39,993 bases of DNA from an uncultured Acetobacteraceae bacterium (GTDB taxonomy: Bacteria; Pseudomonadota; Alphaproteobacteria; Acetobacterales; Acetobacteraceae), in assembly GCA_937874445.1 (NCBI GenBank), contig CALNAL010000143.1:1-39993 (forward strand), in the 5' to 3' direction. The position numbers and the translations under genes were made by a program. Under the pieces are notes generated by a model, which saw nothing but the letters and a program-made list of their open reading frames with translations, was not told where the DNA came from and ran no database searches. This document shows, piece after piece, positions 19,126-27,784 of this stretch (position 1 is the stretch's first letter; the number at the start of each line of letters is the position of its first letter).

Positions 19126-19988
19126 GTTGCCGCTGCCGCCTCGTATTCGTCGGCACGCCCGACCTGGCGGATCAGCGCGGCGTCGGCCTGGTAGGCCAGG
19201 GCATCGGGCGGCGTGCCGTCGCGCAGGTCGGTGAGGGTGTCGGCCACCGCGCGCACCGCGGCCAGGAAGGGCTGGTGCCCGCGCACCACCAGCCGCGCCC
19301 CGGCGGCGGCCAGCTCCGCGTTCGTCCAGTCGGCGCGGCCGCTGCGGATCAGCACCGGACGCCCGGATGCCTGGGCGATGACACGCACCTGCTCGAGCGT
19401 GCTGGCGCCGGTGATGCAGAGCGCGTCGGCCCCGGCCGCAGCATAGGCCTGGGCGCGTGCCGTGGCCTCGCCCAGGGCGCCCAGCTCAAGAGCCGAGGTG
19501 TGGGCCACCAGCACCAGCGCCGGGTCCTGCCGGCCCGCCACGGCGGCCTTGATGCGTGCCACGGCCTCTTCGCGCGGGAGCAGTCGCGGCGGCGTGCCGG
19601 GCCCCCACTGATGCGGCGGCACGGTATCCTCGAAGTCCACGGCGGCGGCCCCGGCGGTCTCCAGCTCGCCCACCGTGCGCAGCGCCTCGGCCGGGCTGGT
19701 CACGCTGTGCTCGGCATCCGCCTGCAACGGCAAGGCGCGGGTGGCGCGGATGATGCGCCGGGTCTGCAAGGCCAGATCGCCTGTGCCCAGCAGCATCGGA
19801 TCCGGAGCGCCGAGCATCGCCAGCGCGGCGACCGAGCCGGGAAGAATGGCCGCCTGGAAGCCGAGATCCTCGGCGAGGCGGGCCGAGATGGGGTCGAACA
19901 CCGAGGCGAAGGTGCGACAGACGGCGTCCTCCAGAAGGGCGCGAAAGGCGTGCCGGCGCTGTGCCGGACTGGCAGGGTATGGCATCAT
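19107..19988 (-). CDS. Isocitrate lyase/PEP mutase superfamily protein (oxaloacetate decarboxylase PA4872-like), with altered active-site motifs
   Basis: ASVFDPISARLAEDLGF, LGAPD, ELETAG..FED, AYAAAGAD. This is the C-terminal part of track ORF 19107..21437, with ATG at 19988/19985. Overlaps the convergent AI-2E gene by 19 bp. Confidence 0.82.
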   Translation of the reverse strand: MMPYPASPAQRRHAFRALLEDAVCRTFASVFDPISARLAEDLGFQAAILPGSVAALAMLGAPDPMLLGTGDLALQTRRIIRATRALPLQADAEHSVTSPAEALRTVGELETAGAAAVDFEDTVPPHQWGPGTPPRLLPREEAVARIKAAVAGRQDPALVLVAHTSALELGALGEATARAQAYAAAGADALCITGASTLEQVRVIAQASGRPVLIRSGRADWTNAELAAAGARLVVRGHQPFLAAVRAVADTLTDLRDGTPPDALAYQADAALIRQVGRADEYEAAAATYRGGT

Positions 19989-20460
19989 GCGTTTCCTCGG
20001 TCTTCCGTAACATTTTGCGCCTGTCCCGGCTGGGGGGCGAGTCAAACATGCACCCCGGGGCAGGGCTCCCACGGCCTCCGGGACGGCCACCGGATGCGGC
20101 AGGCACGGCCGTGACTGCATGGGGCAAGAAGAACACGGGAATCCGTAATATTTCTTCACTGCAATGTTGTCGCCGGACCCGCCCCGGCCGCACGCGCAGG
20201 CTGGCCGCACATGGAGATGATGTCGGGGAGCCCCGGCACGACACGGGGACCGACAGGCCGGGGAGGGAACTCCACCTCTTCCACGTACTGTTGTCGGAGG
20301 GCACCTGCAATCCGCAGGCATCACGGGTTTCGTGACGCGTGGAAAATTCCCAGTGATACACAGCGATCCGCGCCACTTGTGCATGAGGACGCAAGGGGGA
20401 GACGGAGAGATGCACGCGGGAGGGGATGCTGCAATCGACTCAAGTAACGGTCGCTTTTTA

Positions 20461-20489
20461 TTGACATGCGTGCAACAGACGCGGATAGC
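20461..20489 (+). promoter_or_regulatory. Candidate sigma70 promoter (TTGACA-N17-GATAGC) within a 950-bp intergenic region
   Basis: Perfect -35 preceded by a T-tract. The -10 is weak. Confidence 0.4.
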
Positions 20490-20937
20490 AGAGATGGCAT
20501 GGGTTCGTCCGATTCGCGGTTCCGTGGATCTGCATCGGCGAGGCACGTGCAAGGAAAGGTTCGGGCGATGGGCCGCAGTCTCGCCGAGCGGAGTGCAAGC
20601 CGGCATGATTGGCAACCGGCACGATGGATAATCGGGCCGGGGGGCATCGAGCTGGGGGTCGTCGGGCAGGGCCGGGCAGTGCGCGGGCCGGGCAGGGCGA
20701 TGGCTTGGCGGTGCCTCGGCGGGTGCGGGAAAATCGCCTGATGCAGGCCAGAAGTTACGAGACGCAGTCTTCGCGTTCATGGAGCTGCGAGAACAGGAAC
20801 CGGGGGTGCATGAAACGCGACGGCGCATATTCCCGCCGTCCCGCCATGGGATGTCTGCCTGCTGCATGGCCGGTCGTGCCGTGGCCAGTCGGCGACCTGG
20901 CCTTCTCCCCCACCAGGCAATGAAGGAGTTCACTGAG

Positions 20938-21546
20938 GTGTCCAGCGAAGAGACGACGACCCGCCACGGTGCAATGGCACTGGCATTGCGGGCTGCCACC
21001 AAGAAGGCCGCCCCGAAAAAGGTGACGGCGAAAAAGGCAACGGCGAAGAAGGCCACTGCCAAGAAGGCGACGGCGAAGAAGGCTGCTCCCAAGAAGACGG
21101 CCAGAAAGAGCGCCACGACAAAGACGGTGAAGAAGACCGTCCGCAAGGCCGTTGCGAAGAAGCCGGTCGCGAAAAAGGCGGCGGTGAAGAAGACAGCCGC
21201 GAAGAAGGCCGTCAGGAAGGCCGTGGCGAAGAAGGCCGTCCGCAAGGTCGCCGCGAAGAAGCCGGTCGCGAAAAAGCCGATCGCGAAAAAGGCAGCCGCG
21301 AAAAAGACAGCCGCCAGGAAGACGGTGGCGAAGAAGGCCGTCCGCAAGGTCGCCGTGCGCAAGGCCGCTCCCAAGAAGGTCGTGGTGAAGACGGTCGTGG
21401 TGAAGAAGGCCGCCGCGCCGCGCCGTCGCAAGATCATGGCACCGTCGCAGCTGCCGCCGCAGCCGCCGGTGGCGGTCGAGAGCGTGCAGGCCGCCGTCGA
21501 GACCCCGGTGCTTCCGGTCGTGCCCGAGGGCGAGACGCAGTCCTGA
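20938..21546 (+). CDS. Lys/Ala-rich histone H1-like (Hc2/HctB/AlgP-like) repetitive basic protein
   Basis: About 30 units of 4-5 aa such as ATAKK, PVAKK, AVRK. AAGGAG RBS 9 nt before GTG 20938 (alternative ATG at 20920 or 20974). Terminator follows directly. Confidence 0.75.
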   Translation: MSSEETTTRHGAMALALRAATKKAAPKKVTAKKATAKKATAKKATAKKAAPKKTARKSATTKTVKKTVRKAVAKKPVAKKAAVKKTAAKKAVRKAVAKKAVRKVAAKKPVAKKPIAKKAAAKKTAARKTVAKKAVRKVAVRKAAPKKVVVKTVVVKKAAAPRRRKIMAPSQLPPQPPVAVESVQAAVETPVLPVVPEGETQS

Positions 21547-21575
21547 GCTCACGCGAGCCGTGACGTAACGACAAC

Positions 21576-21604
21576 AAGGGGCACCTCGCGAGGGGCCCCT
21601 TTTT
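21576..21604 (+). terminator. Rho-independent terminator
   Basis: AAGGGGC-a-CCT-cgcg-AGG-g-GCCCCTT followed by a T-tract. Confidence 0.8.
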
Positions 21605-21627
21605 CGTCGTGGCATCAGGCGAGATGC

Positions 21628-22911
21628 TCAGGCGGGCTGGGCGAAGGCCTCGGAGAAGAAACCGGCCGCGCCGATATCGCCGCTCTTGAGCGCCATCAGC
21701 AGGGCCGGTTTCGTTCCTGCGGGTCCCGCGCTTTCTGCAAGAGCCCATGGCACGCCCGGGGCGATCTCGCGGCCGATGCGCAGACTTGTCACGCCGAGCC
21801 GGTTGACCACCGCGGCTGAGGTTTCTCCGCCGGCGACTACCATCCGCCGTACGCCGCGGGCGACGAGCCCCTCGGCGACGGTGGCCAGCGTGGTTTCGAC
21901 CAGCGCCGCAGTGGCTTCCCGGCCGAGTTTGCGTTGCAAATTCGCAACATTGTCGGGCAACGCCGATGTCGCGATCACCACCGGGCTTGTGCCGAGCTTT
22001 CCCTCGGCCCAGGCGAGGGCCTGCGTGGCCAGCTCCGCGGCGTCGGGGGTGGCGAACGGGTCCAGCTCCAGCACCGCGAGGGAGCCGCGCGCCACGCCGA
22101 GCTGCGCCAGCGTGGCGCGCGCGCACGACCCTGCGATCACCGCGCTGGCGCCTTCCACCGGAGGCAGAAGGCCGGGGGCCTCCTGGATTTTCAACAGGCC
22201 GCTGCTACGGAAATTTTCCGGCAGGCCGGCCGCCATCGCGGTGCTGCCGGTGACCAGGACGTGGTTCGCCACCGCCGTGCCGAGGGTGTGCAGATGGGCC
22301 TCGCCGAGCGCGTCCGCGATGGCCCAGTGGCGGCCCTGTTCCTTGAGCCGCGTCAGGGCATCGCGCACTGCGGCCGGCCCGTGCTCGACGATGGCGAAGG
22401 GCACCAGCCCGACCGGCCAGGGGGTCTGCCGGCCCAGCACGCGCACCAGGTTGGCATCGGTCATCGGCGTGAGCGGATGGCGCGCCATGCCGCTTTCATG
22501 CAGCAGGGTGGCGCCGACGAAGAGATGCCCCTGGTAGACGGTGCAGGCGCGCTCGGGCGTTGCCGGGCAGGCGAGGGCGAAGCCGCAGCCGAGCGCATTG
22601 GCCAGCGCATCTCCCACGGGGCCGATGTTGCCGGCCTCGGTGGAATCGAAAGTCGGAGAGTACCGGAAGAAGAACTGGCGGCATCCGGCGTCGCGCAGCC
22701 ATACCAGCGCCTCGAGGCTCTGGGAGACCGCCTGTGCGGCCGGAGCGGTGCGCGTGGGCAGGGCCACCACCAGCGCGTCGGCGTCGGGCACGGGATGGCC
22801 GAGTGCAGGAACCCCGATGAGCAGCACGGTGCGCATGCCGTTGCGCACCAGCATGGCGCCGAGGTCGGTGGCTCCGGTGAGATCATCGGTGATGCATCCG
22901 AACAAGGGCAT
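21628..22911 (-). CDS. otnK: Four-carbon acid sugar kinase (DUF1537 family), OtnK/3-oxo-tetronate kinase-like
   Basis: GCITDDLTGATD, TFDST..GNIGPV, SGMARHPLTPMTD, IAGSC, VAGGETS, LKSG. The symbol is tentative because several motifs diverge. Confidence 0.75.
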   Translation of the reverse strand: MPLFGCITDDLTGATDLGAMLVRNGMRTVLLIGVPALGHPVPDADALVVALPTRTAPAAQAVSQSLEALVWLRDAGCRQFFFRYSPTFDSTEAGNIGPVGDALANALGCGFALACPATPERACTVYQGHLFVGATLLHESGMARHPLTPMTDANLVRVLGRQTPWPVGLVPFAIVEHGPAAVRDALTRLKEQGRHWAIADALGEAHLHTLGTAVANHVLVTGSTAMAAGLPENFRSSGLLKIQEAPGLLPPVEGASAVIAGSCARATLAQLGVARGSLAVLELDPFATPDAAELATQALAWAEGKLGTSPVVIATSALPDNVANLQRKLGREATAALVETTLATVAEGLVARGVRRMVVAGGETSAAVVNRLGVTSLRIGREIAPGVPWALAESAGPAGTKPALLMALKSGDIGAAGFFSEAFAQPA

Positions 22912-22988
22912 GGACGTGTTCTCCCGCGCAACGAAGGATCCGGAGCCTGCCAGTCCGTCGCCGGCCCTTCAAGAGAGCTGGTTGCGGA

Positions 22989-23090
22989 ACAGCAAGGCGA
23001 GGAAGGTGTCCTTCTTTCGGGAAAGAAGAACGGGCAAAGTCGTTTTTGCTGTTTTATGCCTTCAGGAAAAGGAAGCCTTCCCTTCCTTCC
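22989..23090 (-). repeat. Composite palindromic intergenic repeat, copy 1 (central arm deleted, inverted relative to the other copies)
   Basis: 22989-23031 matches the reverse complement of 34755-34797. 23033-23090 is a degenerate reverse complement of the left arm of the copies at 34644 and 36394. Confidence 0.8.
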
Positions 23091-23112
23091 CGGGCGAAAA
23101 ACGCATCCCGTT

Positions 23113-24147
23113 CTAGCCGAGGGCCTCGGCGAAGGCGCGGCACTGGGCCGGCCAGCCGGGCAGAGACTGGGCCGCGCTCCAGCTCGCATCGGCGAGGTCG
23201 TGGCGCAGGTCGCGGTCGAAGATCAGCCGGCGCAGGCTCTTGGAGTAGGTGGCCTCGTCGCCGGGATCGGCGCAGATGCCGAACTCGGGCTGTACCAGCC
23301 CCGCTGCCGCGCCGCTGCCGACCAGTGCCAGCGGCAGGCCGTGGCGCCGGGCTTCCAGGATCGCCGCGCCGCAGCCTTCCCAGCGGCTGGCCAGGGCGAA
23401 CAGGTCGGCTCCCTGCCACTGCGCGGCCAGGGCGGCGTCGGAAATCTCGCCGAGGAAGCTCACGCGGGGGGCGATCTCCAGCTGCGTGGCCAGCGTGCAC
23501 AGGGCCTCGGCATGGGCGGGATCGCGCCGGCGGGAGCCGACGATGGTGAGATGCCAGTCGAGGTCGAACAGGCGGGCCAGGGCGCGCATCAGCACGTCGT
23601 GGCCCTTGCGCGCCACCAGCGCGCCGATCGAGAGGATGTGGCAGGTGGTCTCGCCCGAGCCGAGGCTGCGCGGGGCGGGCTGGCTGCCCGGCGCCACGAC
23701 GCGGATGCGCTCGGCCGCGACGGCGAATTGCCGGGTGAGCAGCTCGCCCACCGCCGGCGAGGGCACGACCAGGCGGGCAAGTCGCGGCAGGAGGCATTGT
23801 TCGGCGGACCGGATGGCCTGTCCGGCGGGGGAAGAATCGGATTCGAGCGTGTTGGGATGGTGGATCAGTCCGACGACGCGCTGGTGCAGCAGCGTATCGG
23901 CGCAGTCGGCGAAGGCGGGCAGGGCGAGGCTGTCGATGATCGGCAGCACTTCCGGGGCGAGGCGCGTGAGCGCCGCGGCGGCGGTGCGGCGGGTGGGGGC
24001 ATCGGCCGCGGGAAAGCGGCCGGGAAGCTCGATGGCTTCGACGGCATGGCCGTCGGCGTGCAGACCGGCCAGCACGGCGCGGTCATAGCCATACCCCCCC
24101 GAGAGGGTGGAGAGCGGGGCTGGGACGAACAGGGCGCAGCGGAGCAT
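23113..24147 (-). CDS. Glycosyltransferase family 4 protein
   Basis: SGGYGYD, IGALVARKGHD, ADLFALASRWEG.G..ILEA GT-B signature. ATG 24147. Confidence 0.88.
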   Translation of the reverse strand: MLRCALFVPAPLSTLSGGYGYDRAVLAGLHADGHAVEAIELPGRFPAADAPTRRTAAAALTRLAPEVLPIIDSLALPAFADCADTLLHQRVVGLIHHPNTLESDSSPAGQAIRSAEQCLLPRLARLVVPSPAVGELLTRQFAVAAERIRVVAPGSQPAPRSLGSGETTCHILSIGALVARKGHDVLMRALARLFDLDWHLTIVGSRRRDPAHAEALCTLATQLEIAPRVSFLGEISDAALAAQWQGADLFALASRWEGCGAAILEARRHGLPLALVGSGAAAGLVQPEFGICADPGDEATYSKSLRRLIFDRDLRHDLADASWSAAQSLPGWPAQCRAFAEALG

Positions 24148-24397
24148 GCTTTGGGCGGTCCTCGACAAGCACGACACGGGCAACCGCGGTGGGCACCGCG
24201 GGCCGGGGGAACCTGGCATCGTGCGCGGGGAGGCGGAGGCGGCCGCGCGCCAGACCAGGGGTCCATACCACGGGTCGCGGTCGGCGGGACATGGTATGAC
24301 GCGCCCATTCTGTTCGATCCACGCGCCCCGCGGGTCGAGATTGTTGTGAACGCGGCAGATCAGCGCCCCGCGCGGACCTCGTGGAGGCGCTGAATTC

Positions 24398-24811
24398 CTA
24401 CACCCGGGCGCAGAAGGCCACCGGCTGCGTTCCCGCCGGCAGGGCGGGGCCCCCGCGAGCGCCGTAGCGGCCGGACGTCTGCGCGCCCTGGGCCCGGGCG
24501 GCCCGGGCGATGACCGAGATCACCCGTCCCTGGGCGGCCCTGCCGCGGTCCCGCAGGCGGCGGGTCTCGCCGGCCCGGGCCCCCCGGCGCCGGCCCACCG
24601 CGGCCAGGCGGGGGCGGCAGTCGGCCGGCACGCCGTTCGTCTGGGCCGCCGCCTGAGCGCGGTGGAACGCCTCGGCCACGCGCGCCTTGGTCTCGGCGAT
24701 CTCGGCAGCGCCGGCGAGGTCGAGATCGGCGAGCAGGGCGTTCTCGCGGGCGAGCAGGGCGGCCAGCGCATCGGCGGCCTCGAGCAGGGAGGGGGGAAAG
24801 AAGGGGCTCAT
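24398..24811 (-). CDS. Putative FlgN-like flagellar chaperone / hypothetical flagellar protein
   Basis: Coupled to the rod-binding gene (ATGA overlap); helical L..LL.RENALL pattern; third gene of the flgI operon. Confidence 0.55.
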   Translation of the reverse strand: MSPFFPPSLLEAADALAALLARENALLADLDLAGAAEIAETKARVAEAFHRAQAAAQTNGVPADCRPRLAAVGRRRGARAGETRRLRDRGRAAQGRVISVIARAARAQGAQTSGRYGARGGPALPAGTQPVAFCARV

Positions 24812-25092
24812 GACTGGGACTCCTGCATGTTCAGCATTTGCCGCCACACCGGCATGGCCAGGCCGATTCCGCCGCTTGCGGCCATCTTTTTCCCGATCGC
24901 TTCGACCAGGAACGGCTGCATCGCGGCCTCGCCGGCACCGCCTCCGAAGAGACCGGTCGAAGTGTCGATGGTGGCGAACATCGGGGTGAAGAACTGCGCG
25001 AGCGCCATCGCCTCGAAATCCTGTGCGGCTTGCCAGGCGCGGGCGGCGCGCGGATCGGCGAGATCGGAGGCGGAAGGGGTGAGGGCTTCCAT
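24808..25092 (-). CDS. flgJ: Rod-binding protein (short FlgJ without muramidase domain)
   Basis: AAQDFEAM, FGGGAGE, GGIGLA..V..QML; directly downstream of flgI. Confidence 0.8.
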   Translation of the reverse strand: MEALTPSASDLADPRAARAWQAAQDFEAMALAQFFTPMFATIDTSTGLFGGGAGEAAMQPFLVEAIGKKMAASGGIGLAMPVWRQMLNMQESQS

Positions 25093-26210
25093 CAGCGGAC
25101 CTCCAGATTGGCCTGCAGGGCCCCCGCGGCCTTGATGGCCTGCAGGATGCTGATCATGTCGCGCGGCCCCACGCCCAGGGCGTTCAGCCCGCCCACGAGA
25201 TCGCGCAGCGTGATGTTGCCGGGCAGGATGCCCAGACGCTTGTCGGAGCTGTCGTCGATCTGGATGTTGGTGCGCGGAACGATCGCGGTGGTGCCGTTGG
25301 AGAGTGGCCCGGGCTGGCTGACGATCGGCGTCTCGGTGACGCGCACGGTCAGGTTGCCCTGGGCGATCGCCACTGTCGAAACCCGCACGTTGGCGCCCAT
25401 GACGATGGTGCCGGAAACCTCGTCGATCACCACCACGGCCGGGGAGTCGGGCTCGACGCGCATCTCCTGGATGCGGGCGAGGGCGTCCACCACGCTGTGG
25501 CCGGAGAGGTCGAGATCGACGGTGCGCGGGTCGGCGGCACGGGCGGCGCCGGGCACGGCGCGGTTGATCGCCGCGGCAATGCGCTGGGCGGTGGCGAGGT
25601 CGGGGTTGCGCAGCGACAGGCGCAGCTTCGGGTTGTCGCTCAGCGAGTAGCCCACCTCGCGCTCGACAGTGGCTCCGTTGGCGATGCGCCCGGCGGTGGG
25701 CACCCCGCGCGTGACCGAGGCCGCCGCCCCGCGGGCATTGATGGCGCCGGTGGCCAGCGAGCCCTGCGCCACCGCATGCACCTCGCCATCGGCGGCGAGC
25801 AGGGGGGTGACGAGCAGGGTGCCGCCGGTGAGGTCCTTGGCATCACCGAGGGCGGAGACCGCGACGTCGATGTGGCCTCCCTCGCGGGCAAAGGCCGGCA
25901 GCATGGCGGTGACCATCACCGCCGCGACGTTCTTGGTGTCCAGCTTGGTGGCCTGGTCGCGGGTGTTGACGCCGAGCCGTTCCAGCATGCCCACCAGGGA
26001 TTCGCGGGTGAAGATGGCCTTGTCGAGCTTGTCGCCGGTGCCGTTGAGCCCCACGACCAGGCCGTAGCCGATGAGCTGGTTCTCGCGGATGCCCTCGACG
26101 TCGGTGATGTCCTTGATGCGCACCTGCGCCATCGCCGGGCCGGCGGCCAGGGCGGCGAGCAGGACCAGCAGACAGGACAGGACTGTGCAGAACATGAGAC
26201 GGCGCGGCAC
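25092..26210 (-). CDS. flgI: Flagellar basal body P-ring protein
   Basis: Signal peptide then RIKDI..VEGIRENQLIGYGLVVGLNGTGD, NVAAVMVTA, ILQAIKAAGAL. Confidence 0.97.
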   Translation of the reverse strand: MPRRLMFCTVLSCLLVLLAALAAGPAMAQVRIKDITDVEGIRENQLIGYGLVVGLNGTGDKLDKAIFTRESLVGMLERLGVNTRDQATKLDTKNVAAVMVTAMLPAFAREGGHIDVAVSALGDAKDLTGGTLLVTPLLAADGEVHAVAQGSLATGAINARGAAASVTRGVPTAGRIANGATVEREVGYSLSDNPKLRLSLRNPDLATAQRIAAAINRAVPGAARAADPRTVDLDLSGHSVVDALARIQEMRVEPDSPAVVVIDEVSGTIVMGANVRVSTVAIAQGNLTVRVTETPIVSQPGPLSNGTTAIVPRTNIQIDDSSDKRLGILPGNITLRDLVGGLNALGVGPRDMISILQAIKAAGALQANLEVR

Positions 26211-26332
26211 GGGGCGACCCTTCCGAGCATTTTCCTGATGCCGCCCCCCGTCTGGCTCCTTTCCCGGCGCCGCCGAGGCGACGACGCTGGCGGAGTGTTA
26301 ACGAACGGCTGGCATTGTCGTCTTCCGGCAAG

Positions 26333-26347
26333 GCAAGGCGCGTGCCA
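26333..26347 (-). promoter_or_regulatory. Sigma54 (-24/-12) promoter for the flgI operon
   Basis: Minus strand reads TGGCACG-cgcc-TTGC, an exact consensus match. Confidence 0.85.
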
Positions 26348-26392
26348 CGACCGAAGCCTCGGTCAGGCCACGAGTCGGACCCTGCCGGGGGG

Positions 26393-26409
26393 CCGGCAGC
26401 TTCTGCCGG
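26393..26409. promoter_or_regulatory. Perfect dyad CCGGCAG-ctt-CTGCCGG, candidate FlbD enhancer (ftr-like)
   Basis: Dyad about 45 bp upstream of the -24 box; resembles Caulobacter ftr elements. Confidence 0.55.
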
Positions 26410-26469
26410 GAGGCACCGGGCGCCCGGCAATGGGAGGCCCAGGAGAGGCTGGAGGAGGATGAGGCTGGC

Positions 26470-26910
26470 ATGATCTGGTTCGAAGGGATCAATGGGATCG
26501 CCCGTCCGGTGGGGACGCCGACGCGTCGTCCGGTGCGCGGGAGCGGCTTCAGCGTGCCTTCCGGTGCGGCGGAGGAGGCGGCTGGCAGCTCCGCCCCGGA
26601 ACCCGCTGCGGAGGGGGTGTCGCTCGATGGCATGCTGGCCCTCCAGGAGGCTGCCGTCCTGGAAGGGCACGCGGAGACCGTGGTCGATCGGAAGGCCCGA
26701 CGGCACGGGCAGGACATCCTTTCCGAGCTCGGTCGCCTGCAGCGCGCCCTGCTGTCCGGGGAGGCCGATTCGCAGACCCTGACCCGTCTCGCGACCCTGG
26801 TGGAGCAGCAGCCCCCCGTGGACGACCCCCGGCTGCGTGCCGTGCTGGAGGCCGTGCGCCTGCGGGCCCGCGTCGAGCTGGCTCGCCGCGAAGCCGCCGC
26901 GGAGCGCTGA
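26470..26910 (+). CDS. fliX: Flagellar assembly regulator FliX
   Basis: LDGMLALQE, ARRHGQDILSEL..LQRALL, DPRL..VLEAV.LRARVELA; divergent from flgI and upstream of dksA. Confidence 0.88.
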   Translation: MIWFEGINGIARPVGTPTRRPVRGSGFSVPSGAAEEAAGSSAPEPAAEGVSLDGMLALQEAAVLEGHAETVVDRKARRHGQDILSELGRLQRALLSGEADSQTLTRLATLVEQQPPVDDPRLRAVLEAVRLRARVELARREAAAER

Positions 26911-27003
26911 TTCCGCCGTCCCACCCCGCTCCGGTCGCCCCCGCCCGGGGGGCAGAACGCTCCCGGATGCACGACACTGTCATCGTTGACCAGGCATGTC
27001 CTC

Positions 27004-27032
27004 TTGGCGTGCCTGCCGCGCATAGCTATAAG
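27004..27032 (+). promoter_or_regulatory. Candidate sigma70 promoter of dksA (TTGGCG-N17-TATAAG)
   Basis: 17-bp spacing, about 100 bp upstream of the dksA start. Confidence 0.45.
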
Positions 27033-27134
27033 CCGCCGCACTCACGTCGGATCGCCACGTCGGGTTGTCGGGGGACCGACCCAACCCAACCCAACCGAAG
27101 TGGGCCCGGCAACGTCGGCGGGACTCGAAATACG

Positions 27135-27551
27135 ATGATGGTGACCTTGCCTCCCGATTATCGACCGTCAGATGACGAGGAGTTCATGAATCCGCTTCAG
27201 GTGGAATACTTCCGCCAGAGGCTGCTGCGCTGGCGCGCCGAATTGCTGCGCGAGGCAGACGGAACCCTCGCCTCCCTCTCCGAGGGCGGTATCCGCGAAC
27301 CTGATATTACCGACCGCGCGACCGTGGAAACCGATCGCGCCCTCGAACTGCGCACCCGCGACCGGGCGCGCAAGCTGATCGCCAAGATCGATCAGGCCCT
27401 CGCCCGCATCGAGAACGGCACCTACGGCTTCTGCGAGGAGACCGGCGAGCCCATCGGCCTCAAACGCCTGGAGGCGCGCCCCATCGCGACCCTCTCCATC
27501 GAGGCCCAGGAACGCCACGAACGCATGGAACGCGTCCACCGCGACGACTGA
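27135..27551 (+). CDS. dksA: RNA polymerase-binding transcription factor DksA (one-cysteine, zinc-free type)
   Basis: EEFMNPLQVEYFR, coiled-coil tip DITDRA, YGFCEETGEPIGLKRLEARPIATLSIEAQE. Confidence 0.96.
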   Translation: MMVTLPPDYRPSDDEEFMNPLQVEYFRQRLLRWRAELLREADGTLASLSEGGIREPDITDRATVETDRALELRTRDRARKLIAKIDQALARIENGTYGFCEETGEPIGLKRLEARPIATLSIEAQERHERMERVHRDD

Positions 27552-27731
27552 GGCGTCTCCGGCGCCGGAACTCCTTCCGACTCTCCCTGCGGGCCCCATT
27601 CGGCCCCGGCCGGGCGAACGCCCGATGCGGCATACGGGACAGGCAAACCGGAGAGACCGGCGGCCTGACAATGTCCAGAACCGCGCTTATCCAGGTCGCC
27701 AGACTGTCCAGATAGCGGGGACCACCTCAGC

Positions 27732-27767
27732 CGGCAGGAACGTTCCATGAAGGATACGTTCCTGCCG
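27732..27767. terminator. Strong hairpin between convergent dksA and galM (probable bidirectional terminator or stabiliser)
   Basis: CGGCAGGAACGT / ACGTTCCTGCCG perfect 12-bp stem plus inner TCC/GGA. No clear U-tract. Confidence 0.55.
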
Positions 27768-27784
27768 CGATGCGCCGCCCCGGT

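Noticed and set aside
19989-21437. 776-aa ORF apparently fusing a Phe/Ala-rich N-terminus to the ICL-family domain
   Set aside because: The N-terminal part is the antisense of the Lys-rich gene (AAG/AAA read as Leu/Phe) plus intergenic sequence. The real start is at 19988/19985.
27420-27510. DksA lacking the four-cysteine zinc finger
   Set aside because: One-cysteine zinc-free DksA is the established alphaproteobacterial form.
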